Part shown: positions 12,841 to 25,537 of the stretch, piece after piece
How the letters are laid out: every line of letters starts with the position of its first letter
Position numbering within the stretch: the first letter of the stretch is position 1
Assembly (NCBI RefSeq): GCF_004010195.1
Contig: NC_057719.1
Location: 57,078,311-57,142,310 of the forward strand
Length of the DNA stretch: 64,000 bases
Source: Chiloscyllium plagiosum
Taxonomy: Eukaryota
Direction of reading: 5' to 3'
Notes under the pieces: model-generated
Told to the model about the DNA's origin: nothing
The model's database searches: none
The model's input: only the letters and a program-made list of their open reading frames with translations
Position numbers and translations under genes: made by a program

Positions 12841-13546
12841 TGTTACGACACTGGGTAATCACTCCTGCTTAATTTAAAGCAGCAACACAGAAAAGATTTA
12901 TCTGTGCAGTAATCTGTGAAAATTCAAGAGGCCAAGAACTACTTAAAGGAAAAATTAACAACTTTATTTCTTAAAATATAACAGAGACTAATTAATTAAC
13001 AACTATTTACAACTCCTTCCTCTAACTTATCTTTTACCTTCCCTTTCTCCAATACTAGTCTGATAAAACTCCCGATTAAGATTTACAAAACTAAATTTCT
13101 TATCTCAAAATCAGGCAGCTTTTGGTTCTTCTCTGTATTTCTGTCTTCTTTTCTTCTTCTTTGGGATTCTGCTTCACAGGTTACTGATTGGTAAAGGTAC
13201 CTTTAACAGAGTTATTCTCTGGACAGTTTGTGGATGTCATTGGTTTGGTAGTTCTCCTCCCAACTGTTCAATTCTCCCCAGTCTTATACCCCCAAAGCAT
13301 CAAATTGTGTCATTCGCTTTTAAGATTGTCAATATACTCTATTCAACTTGATTGGAGGTTGGTATTTTGGGGTATAATTTAAACTGGTTGGTCAAATTTG
13401 AATTTGTTTTTTTGTCTCCAGGCAATCAGTTAATCAGGTTGTTCGACCAAATGTTACATTGTATCTTAATGAGAACCTTGGTGCTTGTCACTGCTAGCTG
13501 TTAACTCCCTTAAAGGTACAGTACATACATCCACATCTTCATAACA
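12841..13546 (-). repeat. 5' LTR
   Basis: TGTTA...TAACA termini; homologous to 7218-7919. Confidence 0.93.
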
Positions 13547-15192
13547 GAAATGAGGCAAGTGTCAGGCCATGTGATTGTAGATTGTGGATGAATTAATTCT
13601 CTTGATGATGATCTGCACTGCTTTATAGACAATTTATATGAATGTGATGGATTTGACAGATGTTGCTGCATCTAGCATCTTTGAGAAGATTGAAGGGAAA
13701 AGCATGTTTCTACCCTTTCTCAAATCCTACTTCACTGTCTTGCTGCCATCTTGCATGAAGTGCAGGTGATATGACCATGGATCTCTTGCTTTCTATCCCA
13801 AAGCTCTTACCTGACCTGAAGATTCTCCTTTCGTATTTCTGCTTTGACATACCAATGAATTGCTGCAAGGTCAATAACTACAGCCATAGAGAAGGATGTG
13901 AGCTACACCTGACATCTGATGATAAATCTCTGTCTCTTTCTCAGCCCTGTGTGCTGTTAGCAAGTAGGACAAATCTGGAACCTTCATTGTGCATTCCCAA
14001 GCATGATAGATTACAGCCAATGTGCCTGCTCACAGGAGGGTGCGTTTGCAGATGAGATCTGCTACAGATGAATCAGATGAGGATTTTGATTGAACAACCA
14101 AAGGAGGTGCTTGATGCATGGTAAACTGTCAAACAGCTTGCCAAAGAGTATCAAGGAGTCCAACTTCAATTTAGCTCAGGGCTTTTCACAGGTTTGGAAC
14201 GTGGTCAGCTTCATGACAATACACACAACATTGTATGGTTAATGCTCATCTTCCATTGCAGCTAGGTACAAATTTCTCCATGTCACAGTGAAAGCTCAGA
14301 CTGAGTCATGAGATTCGAGCTTGTGGCAAACTATATCACATCCCAGAAATCTGTCCTGTAAAAGATTGTCTAAATATCAGCCAAATACTTTAGTAATGAT
14401 AAGAGGATGAATTTCTGCTCCAATAAAGGGCTGCTTTAACTTCCCTGATGCAGTGATTGATGGCAAATTGTGTGATGTTGCAAATGGTCAGCTCCCTTCT
14501 GGAAGGATCTACTTGCCTAGGAATGTAGGCAACAGTGATTTAGACCGGCATTACAACATTTGTTCTCATCCTACTCTGAGGCTGTGGGCCTGGTTCTAGG
14601 AGGTGACACAGTTCAATGACCACCACTTGACAAAATGAAAGCTTGTCATATAACATTCCTGGCTAAGATGGAAATAGGAGAAATGTTCCTGAAGTATCCT
14701 TAGTTAATATAGCTTCCTCCTGACTAGTCAGTAATCTCTGATCTCACTTTCAGGAAGCTGCATTATTCACTTGAATAGTGAAAAAAGCATCTAACTCTGA
14801 TACAAATCAGCTAAGTATAGATGCATAAGTGTATATGTAACTTCACATAATCTAATATCTGATCGAAATTTAAATCCAAACCAAACACAGAGCTTTTACG
14901 AAATAAGTAGCTTACACTCGTTCTTTTTTTCAGAAGTATTATTTAGATTCAAACACAGCCCTATAATCATGATTAAGATCCAAAAAAGCTTTTAATTGTT
15001 ATCACTAATTCTCATTCTGCATGTTAAGCACTTTTTGTAGACTGACACTTCTTTTAAAAGAAAATATTGCATATTTGATTTAAATATTGTTAATTGGCTG
15101 GGATACATATATCATCTAGACCAAACATAAGATCTTTGGTAAACTGTTTTTTTATAACATTGAGATGAATGTTCCTCCCAAAGGTTATAGAT

Positions 15193-15374
15193 GATTGTTA
15201 ACTATAGCTGAAAATGTGTTGCTGGAAACAGGAACAGGAGAATCGACGTTTCAGGCATAAGCCCTGTTCCTTGGATGCTGCCTGACCTGCTGCGCTTTTC
15301 CAGCAACACATTTTCAGCTCTGATCTCCAGCATCTGCAGTCCTCACTTTCTCCTCGAAGATTGTTAACTATAGC
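15193..15374. mobile_element. Penelope-like mini-insertion (family A) with 16-bp TSD
   Basis: Same terminal sequence as 4321-4548, internally deleted; TSD GATTGTTAACTATAGC at 15193-15208 and 15359-15374. Confidence 0.8.
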
Positions 15375-17107
15375 CTATATTGCTGGGTTAATGACTAATA
15401 AATAATACAAAAACTTGATGCAAGCAAGAAAATATTCCAGTTGTAGGAAAAAGACTAAATTGCAAGCTTTCACTTTGTGATATTTATCTGCAAGGAAACA
15501 TCTATGCCACCTGTTGCTGACATGATCAGAGTATTATTTCCTCTTCTGTCCTGGGCACACTCTCAGTTTAACATCAACCCCAGGGGAGGTTTTGTTAACC
15601 ACTGCTGTTACTTTTCTCATGCACTGTCATACAGTGGGACCTCCATTCAAATGGTAGTGCTGACCTTGTTAGTACATTTGAATAGGCCACCACAGAAGCT
15701 TTTCAGTGTGGATGTGCACAGGGGCTCCTGGGTGGCCTTTTGTCTGACTGAGAGCTCTTGTTAATGGACTACTGAGCTAGAATGATTGCAATATATAAAT
15801 GCAGTGACCAAAGAAAAGGGGGACAAAGCGATTCTAGTCGTAACATGTAGGTCAAACTTGTACAAAGTGGACACTGGCTTATTAGTGTCAAAGCTGTTTG
15901 TGAACCTAAATTTACATGTGACCAAATTGCAAGCTTTTTCAAATAAAAAGAACCACAAAAATGTTCATTCTTTAGTATTTCAAAAAATAAAATACTACAC
16001 TAGAATCAATTTACATACTGACTTCATTCATTTTATACAGACCTTTCACTGTAAGAAACTTGAGTAGGAGACTACTATTTATTAAAAATCCTGGTATAAT
16101 TTAGTTTTAGTTCAAGGTTGCTTTTCAGAACATTTATTTAAAATATAAAGAAATTTGGATAAATTATCATTCTAATTTTAATAAACATCCACTGAATATA
16201 AGAATAAAAGCCATTTCTAAGTCCAATTTGAAAATGTTTGGACTCATCAGTCTTGTTCTATTTGAACTTTAGATGTGACTCTTCTGAGGGACACTGTCCA
16301 TTACTGGTTCCCATGGTATTTGTTGCTAAAATGGATTACTTAGGCTTGAAACTTTCCCAGGCCTATTGGACAGATAAAGCACATGTTTATGTCTGCTTCC
16401 AGGGTTATTTCTTTTCCTGGTACAGGTACCCAGAGGCAGTAGCTCATGGGGCACCACTTCAGATCAAGCATGGCTGATCAGGAACCTCTTTTGCTCTCAT
16501 TTCCAGTTGATAATCAAGCTGGTTGTTCATGTTATTAAATACCTTCTTTGGCCATTTAAATTCCTGAAGTGGAACTTAAAACCCTGAAATTTCTGGATGC
16601 CTCAGATGGATGGCAGACGACAACATATTACCAGCAGCATCACCTCACATTTACAGCATGATTCTCAGCTTTTCATCAGGGGTAACGTTATTTCATTTCA
16701 TTAATAATCTTTTTATTTGATCTTTTATCACTTACTAATGCCAATTGAGTGGTTAGAAATAGCCATTAGCAATCTAATGTTGTTAGTTATTTGAATTTAT
16801 ATTGATACAGTTGATTCTCTACACTCTTTCTGCCCAGGTGCTGACCAGGAACTGGTCTTTGCAAAGTACACTGCAAGCATTCAAACTTGGGATCCTCAAA
16901 ATTTTCTTCTCTGGGCTCTTTAAACATGCAGGAATTATGTGAAAGGCCTAGCACAGGTGTAGGGGCCAGGAATTTGGGGTTTTTAGCTACCTGTCTGATC
17001 CTGCTGATTAAAACATTTTGGCTGCTGATGGAGAATGGGGGCAAGAAGATCCTGATTGTATACCAACCTTCTGAAAGACCTAACCTCGAGATATTTCATG
17101 TCCTTGA

Positions 17108-18776
17108 ACAACAGAGGAAGGATAAGAAGGAAATGAAGGAAATACGCAGAGAAAAAAATGAGGTACGAAGGTAAACTGGCCAACAATATAAAGGAAGATA
17201 GTAAAAGCTTTTTTAGGTATGTGAAAGGCAAAAAAATGGTTAAGACTAAAATTGGGCCCTTGAAGACAGAAACAAGGGAATATATTATGGGGAACAAAGA
17301 AATGGCAGAAGAATTGAATAGGTACCTCAGATCTGTGTTCACCGGGGAAGACACAAGCAATCTCCCTGAGGTAACAGTGTCTGAAGGATCTGAACTGAAG
17401 GGAATTTATATTTGTCAGGAATTGGTGTTGGAGAGACTGTTAGGTCTAAAGGCTGATAAGTCTAGTAGTAACAGGATAGGTCAGAATCGGCATGGATTTA
17501 TGAAGGGGAAATCATGCTTGCCTAGTCTTCTGGAATTTTTTGAGGATGTAACTCTGAAGATGGATGAGGGAGATCCAGTAGATGTAGTGTACCTGGACTT
17601 TCAGAAAGCTTTTGATAAAGTCCCACATAGGAGGTTAGTGAGCAAAATTAGGACACATGGTATTGGGGGCAAAGTACTAACTTGGATTGAAAGTTGGTTG
17701 GCTGACAGGAAACAAAGAGTCGTGATAAACAGCTCCATTTCGGAATGGCAGGCTGTGAACAGTGGGGTACCGCAGGGATCAGTGCTGGGGCTGCAGCTTT
17801 TTACAATATATATTAATGATATAGAAGATGGTATTAGTAATAACATTAGCAAATTTGCTGATGATACTTAGCTGGGTGGCAGGGTGAAATGTGAGGAGGA
17901 TGTTAGGAGATTACAGGGTGACCTGGACAGGTTAGATGAGTGGTCAGATGCATGGCAGATGCAGTTTAATGTGGATAAATGTATGGTTATCCACTTTGGT
18001 GGCAAGAACAGGAAGGCAGATTACTATCTAAATGCAATCAAGTTAGGTAAAGGCGCAGTACAAAGAGATCTGGGTGTTCTTGTACACTAGTCAATGAAGG
18101 TAATCATGCAGGTACAGCAGGTAGTGAAGGCGGTTAATAGCATGCTGGCCTTCATAACAAGAGGGATTGAGTATAGAAGCAAAGAGGTTCTTCTGCAGCT
18201 GTACGGGGCCCTGGTGAGATCACACCTGGAGTATTGTGTGCAGTTCTGGTCTCCAAATTTGAGGAAAGACATTCTGGCTATTGAGGGAGTGCAGTGTAGG
18301 TTCACGAGGTCAATTCCTGGAATGGCGGGACTACCTTACGCTGAAAGACTGGAGCGACTGGGCTTGTATATCCTTGAGTTTAGAAGACTGAGAGGGGATC
18401 TGATTGAGACATATAAGATTATTAAAGATTTGGACACTCTGGAGGCAGGAAACATGTTTCCGCTGATGGGTGAGTGCCGAACCAGAGGACACAGCTTAAA
18501 AATATGCAGTAGACCATTTAGGACAGAGATGAGGAGAAACCTCTTCAGCCAGAGAGTGGTGGCTGTGTGGAATGCTCTGTCCCAGAGGGCAGTGGAGGCC
18601 CAGTCTCTGGATTCACTTAAGATAGAGCTCTCAAGAATAGTGGAATCAAGGGTTATGGAGATAAGGCAGGAACAGGATACTGATTAGGGATGATCAGCCA
18701 TGATCATTTTGAATGGTGGTGCAGACTCGAAGGGCAGAATGGCCTACTCCTGCACCTATTTTCTATTGTCTATTGT
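17108..18776 (+). mobile_element. 5'-truncated CR1 LINE with an internal deletion at ~17462
   Basis: HGFMKGKSCL, YLDFQKAFDKVPH, GVPQGSVLG, KFADDT, HLEYCVQFWSP; CTATTGT tail. Confidence 0.95.
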
Positions 18777-19309
18777 CCTGTTACTACTATCCAGATGTGT
18801 CGTAATTTCATCCTTTATAATAGACTCCAGCATCTTTCCCACCACTGAAGTCAGACTAACTGGTCTATAATTTCCTGCTCTCTCTCCCACCTTTCTTAAA
18901 AAGTGGTACAACATTAGCCACCCTCTAATCCGCAGGAACTGATCCCGAATCTTTTGAACTCTGGAAAATAATCACCAACGCATCCACGATTTCTCGAGCC
19001 GCCTCCTTCAGTACCCTGGGATGTAGACCATCAGGCCCCGGGGACTTATCAACCTTCAGACTCTCCAACAGTCTCTCCAACTGATCCCTGCAGTACCCCA
19101 CTGTTCACAGCCTGCCATTCCGAAATGGAGCTGTTTATCACTCCACTTTGTTTCCTGTCAGCCAACCAACTTTCAATCCAAGTTGATACTTTGCCCCCAA
19201 TACCATGTGCCATAATTTTGCTCACTAACCTCCTATGTGGGACTTTATCAAAAGCTTTCTGTAAGTCCAGGTACATTACATCTACTGGATCTCCCTCATC
19301 CATCTTCAG
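18777..19309 (-). mobile_element. Two inverted CR1 fragments of the same subfamily
   Basis: 18777-19070 encodes the DKSPGPDGLHPRVLKE...NYRPVSLTSVVGK..LDSSNR segment missing from the adjacent copy; 19080-19309 duplicates ~17553-17781 with several substitutions. Confidence 0.9.
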
Positions 19310-20174
19310 GTCACCCAAGGATCATTTGCTTGGTGAATGTTTCAGGGCAGGTCATTTTAGATTTTCTGACTTTCCCAAATGCCTCCCCTCTAATTTAAAT
19401 CAAATTGTCTGGTCCATACCTTTCACAGATTAAGTTACGTTCTGTTCCCATAAGGTAGCCTTACCAACTCTAGAGAAGTATTACAGTGCCACCCAGTTAC
19501 ATTATTTAGTCCCCTTCCGGTTTAGTCACAGTCATAAGCCTATATACATAACTCTAAAAAGTTTCAGATTCTGTTTATTCAATTTAACCAATGAGTTGCT
19601 ACATGCTGGTATTGCTTTAAGATTAATCTTATAAGGATTGATTAGATTAGATTCTGAGGTGCTGCTCTTAAAGCTACAGCTCCTCTATTCCTGGCAACGA
19701 ATTTACCGATCCTTCCAGCATGAATTATTGGCAGTCCATGCAATTTGTCCTACAACTTGAGATTTAATTGTGATACCTTCATCAGAATTTTTATCCACAA
19801 TTTAAAAAAAATGTATACCTTGCAGTCATCAATTTCTTTACTTGCATATTTTGTTTTCAGATAAAAGCAGCTGAAAAACTTTGATATAATTCACATATGT
19901 TGCTGACAACACACAGTTTTACCTCACCTGTGTTGTCCATGCTTTGGACACTTCGACAACTCTTATGTGTTAAAACACTTTACCCAAGCATTCTTGTCGC
20001 TGAAGCGAACAAAGGAACACAGAATTAAGTTTGCGATTCAACTTCATTTTATTAACAAAACATTCCTTATTAAAAACATCATGTGAGCATTTCCCAAATT
20101 CCTACCATATTGTCTAGTTCTATCCATTTGAGAAAGGCTACTAATTACAACAATCCACATTTTTGAGCCGGGCA

Positions 20175-20424
20175 CTTGGAATCTCCCATCTCTCTGCATG
20201 TGGTCTAATACAAAGTTGGTGTTTTGGATGTTACATGTGAAGTTCCCATACTGGGAGTGTTTTAGGGAAGTTGTGATGCTGTATTCTCTCTTCTCCCATA
20301 TACTACGTGGTGATGGAGGTAGTTAAAAATCACACAATTATGAGTGTCTTTCACACACACTTTGCCAAGCTTGTGCACATGCAAACACACTCTCACATGC
20401 ACTCACACTCACACGTACACATGA

Positions 20425-20455
<31 letters not shown>

Positions 20456-22040
20456 TGCATGCACACACACATATAAGTCTATGGGTTGAAATTTGTATTT
20501 GCAGAATTATATTTGCAGATACATTCTATTTTGCTCAAAAAATGTACAATCTGCAGGCAGTCAATACATGTAATATTTTGTAAATTCCACATTGGAAATA
20601 GAACCAGGCTGACTCAAGATTGACATACTGACAGATTCTAACCTCACACCTTGTCTGAGCTGAGATATCACTTTTTAAAATAAAAGCTAAATGTGAATGT
20701 GACTTAAAAAGAAGTTCTGTGATTTACATATTAATGAACCAAACCTACAACTCATTCTAAAAGATGAAAGACTTAACAACAATCTAGGTTTGTTCAATAT
20801 ATCATTTCAGTTGCATAACACTGAGATCTTTTGCCATAAATTCTGTGCGTTATGATCCTGCTCCACAACTACCTGATGAAGGAGCAGCTCTCTGAAAGCG
20901 AGTGCTTTCAAATGAAGCCATTGGACTATAACCTGGTGTTGGGTGACTTTTAACTTAGTCCACCCCAGTCCAACATCGACTCCTCCACATCATACCTTGG
21001 TGATGTCTGTGTTCAGGCTCTAGAACTCTACAGTACAATTTAAGACATTTGTCCAAAAACCACACAAGGCATTTTCATTTGAATATATGGGGCCAGGGTA
21101 CACAATTACTGCTTTTGTTCTTGACGTTTATCCAGAGTTGTACCTACGAACCTTCTCTCTTTTTCAACAGCGCATAGAAGGCTGTCATTGTAACCATACT
21201 CCCTCTTGGACAATGGTGACATTTCTCAGCTTGAAGATTTGGTGTTATAATCAGGATCCTCAGTACCATCCCCACGACTTTTCCTGAGGTCCACTTACAA
21301 TCGTTAAGCCGGACCTTGGTCAGTTGCCATAATTGACAATTTGAAATATTGGGGTGTTCTTTTCCCACAACAAGTGTGCATCTGCTTGTCACTGATCCAA
21401 GATTGGACTTGTCTTTCTTAGCCTAACTGGAGATTCTCCCTGAACTGTTTAATCATCCACTGACCATAGATACTGCGGAGGGTCATATTCTGCTGCCTAC
21501 CTCCAATATCTATCCTTCTCTGATGAGCTTGTTTATGGCCCTGGTGTTGCCCTTCTAACACCATTATTCAGTGTTGGTCTGGCTGATCTTCTTTTATTCC
21601 CCTCTTGGCATCTTACTGTCTGCCCAAATTAATTCAAGGTCTGTTGCAAAACTCTGATTTTATTACCCAAATTAGCCAAATTAAGGGTATTGATTATGAA
21701 CATTCCTGCTCTGTAAGCTGTTGCCAAATCAGTCAACTCTTTTTTATTCTGCCCTACTGGCCTGGATCTGGCCTTTTCCGTGGCAATTCCTGTTTTCCAA
21801 CCCAAAAACCAATGGGTCAAGTATAATTATAATTTCTGAAGTTGGGAAGGGTATCACTGTGGCAGTTGAGTTCCGGATATATCTAATACCACTGGTGTTT
21901 GACATTATACAGAGTTTTGCTTGTGTGTTTTAAAACCACCCCATCTTCTATTCCTGGATCAGTCCTCAGACAAACATGTATGGGTGCACTTCTGGCTGGC
22001 TTTAGCCCATTTCTAATTTTGTACATGACATAGTTCTCTC
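20175..22040 (-). pseudogene. Decayed viral envelope/fusion-glycoprotein-like gene, split by a PLE at ~20316-20997
   Basis: Reconstructed across frameshifts: DGVVLKHTSKTLYNVKHQ..LDISGTQLPQ..GQNKKE|LTDLATAYRAGMFIINTLNLANLGNKIRVLQQTL..NTRAINKLIRE..SIYGQWMIKQFRENLQL..SWISDKQM..NCQLWQLTKVRLNDCKW..VGMVLRI..YPGPIYSNENALCGFWTNVLNCTVEF..DITKV[PLE]..EYSITTSLKHSQYGNFTCNIQNTNF. Confidence 0.6.
20316..20997 (+). mobile_element. Penelope-like element 3' part (family B) with degenerate hammerhead
   Basis: GTTAAAAATCACACAA inverted stub, CA/CT-rich tract, CTGATGAAGGAGCAGCTCTCTGAAAGCGAGTG near 20873; TGGTGATG duplicated at 20308-20315 and 20998-21005. Confidence 0.8.
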
Positions 22041-22491
22041 CTAATATACAAATCTATTACAGACAGGTATATTGGTGATCATCAGGAAGGGCAAGCAGGC
22101 AGAGCAGGAGAACTCTATGGCTATTTCTGTCTCAAACAAGTATACTGTTGGCAGGGACAGGCTATCAGGGGGTGGTGACAGTGTTACACAAAACGCTGGC
22201 ACAACAGCTGACTCTGTTGTACAGCAGGGAGGGTCAAAATGCAGGTGAGCTGTGGTAGTTGGATACTGTACAGTCAGGATATAGATGACTATGAGTGAGA
22301 CTTCAGGATGGTGTGTTGCCTTCATGGTGCCAAGGTCAAGGATGTCTCTGAGTGGTCACAGGACTTGGTGAAAGGGGAGGGTGAACAGCTAGAGGTTGTG
22401 GTCCATATTGAAGTTATGACATGGGCAAGAAGGGAGATGAAATCCTGCAAAAGAAATTTAGGTAGTTAGGCCGAATGTTAAAAAGCAGGAC

Positions 22492-22806
22492 ATTAGATTA
22501 GATTGCTTACAGTTTGGAAACAGGCCCTTCAGCCCAACCAGTCCACACCGACCCTCTGAAGAGCAACCCACCCAGACTCATTTCCCTCTGACTAATGCAC
22601 CTAACACTACGGGCAATTTAGCATGGCCAATTCACCTAACCTGCACATCTTTGGACTGTGGGAGGAAACCGGAGCACCTGGAGGAAACCTACGCAGACAC
22701 GGGGAGAATGTGCAAACTCCACAGACAGTTGCCTGAGGCGGGAATTGAAACCAGGCCTCTGACGCTGTGAGGCAGCATTGCTAACTGCTATGCCACTGTG
22801 CCACCC
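22492..22806 (-). mobile_element. HE1-type V-SINE
   Basis: tRNA-like head, V-domain (GTGGAGTTTGCACATTCTCCCCGTGTCTGCG), AATCT tail. Confidence 0.92.
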
Positions 22807-23160
22807 ACATCTAGGGTTGTAATATAGGGATTGCTACCCATGCCACATGTGGGTGAGGCGAGAAGCAGGTAGATAGTACAGCTAAGCGCGGGGCTAAAGA
22901 GCTGATGTGGGACAGAGGGATGCAGGGATCTGGATCTTTGGGATCACTTCTAGGGCAGATGTACAAAGTGGATGGGTTGTACCTAAACTGGAGGGGCACC
23001 AATATCATTTCAGGGAGGTTAGCTAGTGCCATTTGGGAGGGTTTAAACTAATTGGCAGAAAGGTAAGAAGCAGAACCAGGTCAGAGTGTGAGGAGAAAGT
23101 AAAGGTTAATAGGATGAACAAGCAGGGCAAGTTTAATGAACAAGGCAGGAGAATAAAAGG

Positions 23161-23620
23161 GGAGGTAGTGGTCTAGTGGTATTATTGCTAGACAATTAAT
23201 CCAGAGAGGTAAAAATCTTATGAAGAGCTTTTGCCCGAAAAGTCGATTTTACTGCTCGTCGGATGCTGCCTGCACTGCTGTGCTCTTCCAACACCACTAA
23301 TCCAGAATATTAATCCAGAGACCCTGGCAACATTCTGGAGAACTGGGTTCAAATTCCTCCATGGCAAGTGGTGAAATTTGAATTCAATAAAAATCTGGAA
23401 GAGTCTAATGATGATCATGAAATCATTGTTGATTGTTGTGAAAACCCATCTGGTTCACTAATGTCCTTGAGGGGAGAAAACACTTGTCCTTACCTGGTCT
23501 GGCTTAAGTGTGACTCCAAACCCACAGAAATGTGGTTGACTCTTAACTGGCCTCTGGGCAATTAGGGATGGGCAATAGATGCTGGTCTAGCTAATGATGC
23601 CCACATTCCATGAATGAATA
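23161..23620 (+). mobile_element. tRNA-derived SINE containing a PLE stub (23208-23308, TSD ATTAATCCAGAGA)
   Basis: A-box-like GTGGTCTAGTGG and B-box-like GGGTTCAAATTCC; related copies at ~29650-29918 + 31027-31135 and ~46130-46340 (minus strand). Confidence 0.7.
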
Positions 23621-24954
23621 CAAAGTATATTGGATAAGGTAGGAGAAAGAAATAATAAAAAGATCCTGAAGGACAGAATAGAGTTTACAGCCAAAATTAG
23701 AGTTCTTTGCAAGGAGTGTAAGGATAAAAAATTAAATGAGCTGCAGGCACAGATTCAAACTGGAAACTATAATATAGTAGCCATTACAGATACATGGTTG
23801 CAGAATGGTCAAGACTGAGAACTCAACACACAGGATTACAAGACTTACAGGAGGAAGAGAGAGAACGGTAACAGGGCAGTAGCATTACTGATTAGAACAG
23901 AATCATTACTATGATGAGAGAGGATGTAAGAGGGGAAAGCACCCAGTGGCAATATTATGGGTAGAACTGAGGAATTGTAAAGGAACTAAAACCACGATAG
24001 CTTTATCATATTGACCATATGGTAGCAGCTCAAAAGTATTAGATTGTATAAATGCTGCAAATAGGCAACTCTTTAGCAAAGGCAGAGTAGCATTAATAGG
24101 GGATTTTAATCCTGACAGAGTAAGCTTAGCACTGTCAGGAAAGAGAGATCACATCTAAAGTGAGCAACAGCCCAAAATATTTACAGATTATAAATAAAAG
24201 ACCAAAAGAAAATTTTTAAAAATCAAATCAAGAACTAAGTAAATAAAATAAGTGATGTGTTGTACCTGTGTGATATAGGAGCTGGTGGGCCCCACTGTGA
24301 GATGATCACATCTGTAGCAAGGGTTGGTTGGGTGAGGGGTTCAGAGTTTCCAACACTGTGACACATCAGGGAGGGGAGAGTTACCTGGATGCTGTGTTTC
24401 AGGAGGCAGTCACACCCTTTACATTAATTACCTCAAATTTGATCAATGGTCAGGGACAGAAGGGTGTGACTACGAGTGAGGCAGGTAGAGGGATCCAGGA
24501 GGTAGTGCTGAAGAAGCCTCAGTCCTTGAGCTTGTCGAACAGGTTTGAGATTCTTGATCCCTGTGTGGCTCATCATGTGGGCTGCAGGGAGGATCAGCAA
24601 ACTGACAATAAAACCACAGTACAAGGAGTCATTCCAGTGCAGGGAGAAAAAAGAAATGCAGTCGTAAACGGGAATAATTAGTCGGTGGAATAGACCATTG
24701 ATTTCTGTGGTCAGGATCAAGAGCCTGAAAGGCTAGGTTGCCTGCATGATGCCTGAGGTCAGGCTATCTCATCTGGGCAGCAGTGGAGGGGAAAGATCCA
24801 AAGTGTCGTGATCCATGTTGGTACCAACATATAGATAGAAAGAGGGAAGAGGTTCTGCTGAGGAAATACAAGCAGCTGGGGGCTAAATTAAAAGAGCAGA
24901 ACCAAAATGATAATAATTTCTGGATTACTACCTGAGCCACGAGCAAATTGGCAG

Positions 24955-25269
24955 AGATCAGATTAGATTCCCTATAGTGTGGAAACAGGCCCTTCAGCCC
25001 AACAAGTCCACACCGACCCTCTGAAGAGTAACCCACCCAGAGCTATCTCCCTCTGACTAATGAACCTAACACTAGGGGCAATTTAGCATAGCCAATTCAC
25101 CTGACTTGCACATCTTTGTGACTGTGGGAGGAAACCGGAGCACCCAGCAGAAACCTATGCAGACACAGGGAGAATGTGCAAACTCCACACAGATAGTCAC
25201 CCGAGGCTGAGATCGAACCTGGGACCCTGGTGCTGTGAGGCAGCAGGGCTAACCACTGAGCCACCATGC
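24955..25269 (-). mobile_element. HE1-type V-SINE
   Basis: Homologous to 22492-22806 and 51516-51830. Confidence 0.92.
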
Positions 25270-25537
25270 AAAAAGATTAAAAAAGACTGAAAGATTTATG
25301 TGGGAGAAACAGGTTTGAATTCATAGGGCATTGGTACCAGTACTGGGGAAGGAGGGAACTGTTCAGATGGGTGGAGTTCCATCAGAATCATAGTGGGACC
25401 AGAATCCTGATGAATTGCATAACTGGGGCTAAAGAGAAGGCTTTAAACTAAATCATGGGTGACAGCGCAGTTGTCTGGAAAATAATGAAAACGGTTGAAG
25501 GGAGAAAGCTCAGCAGAGGTTATTAAAGTTTTCAGAC

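Larger units (their letters stand above)
7218..13546 (-). mobile_element. Full-length decayed Gypsy LTR retrotransposon, Gmr1-type (gag-PR-IN-RT-RH)
   Basis: Two ~700-bp direct LTRs, PBS, PPT, imperfect 4-bp TSD (GGAA 7214-7217 / GAAA 13547-13550), and recognisable gag, protease, integrase, RT and RNase H fragments. Confidence 0.95.
22045..24130 (+). mobile_element. Old CR1 5' part (ORF1 esterase + ORF2 endonuclease remnants) with nested SINEs
   Basis: NSMAISVSNKYTV, GAKVKDVSE, DGLYLNWRGTN (ORF1); KLNELQAQIQTGNYNIVAITDTWLQ, IGDFN (endonuclease). Confidence 0.8.
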
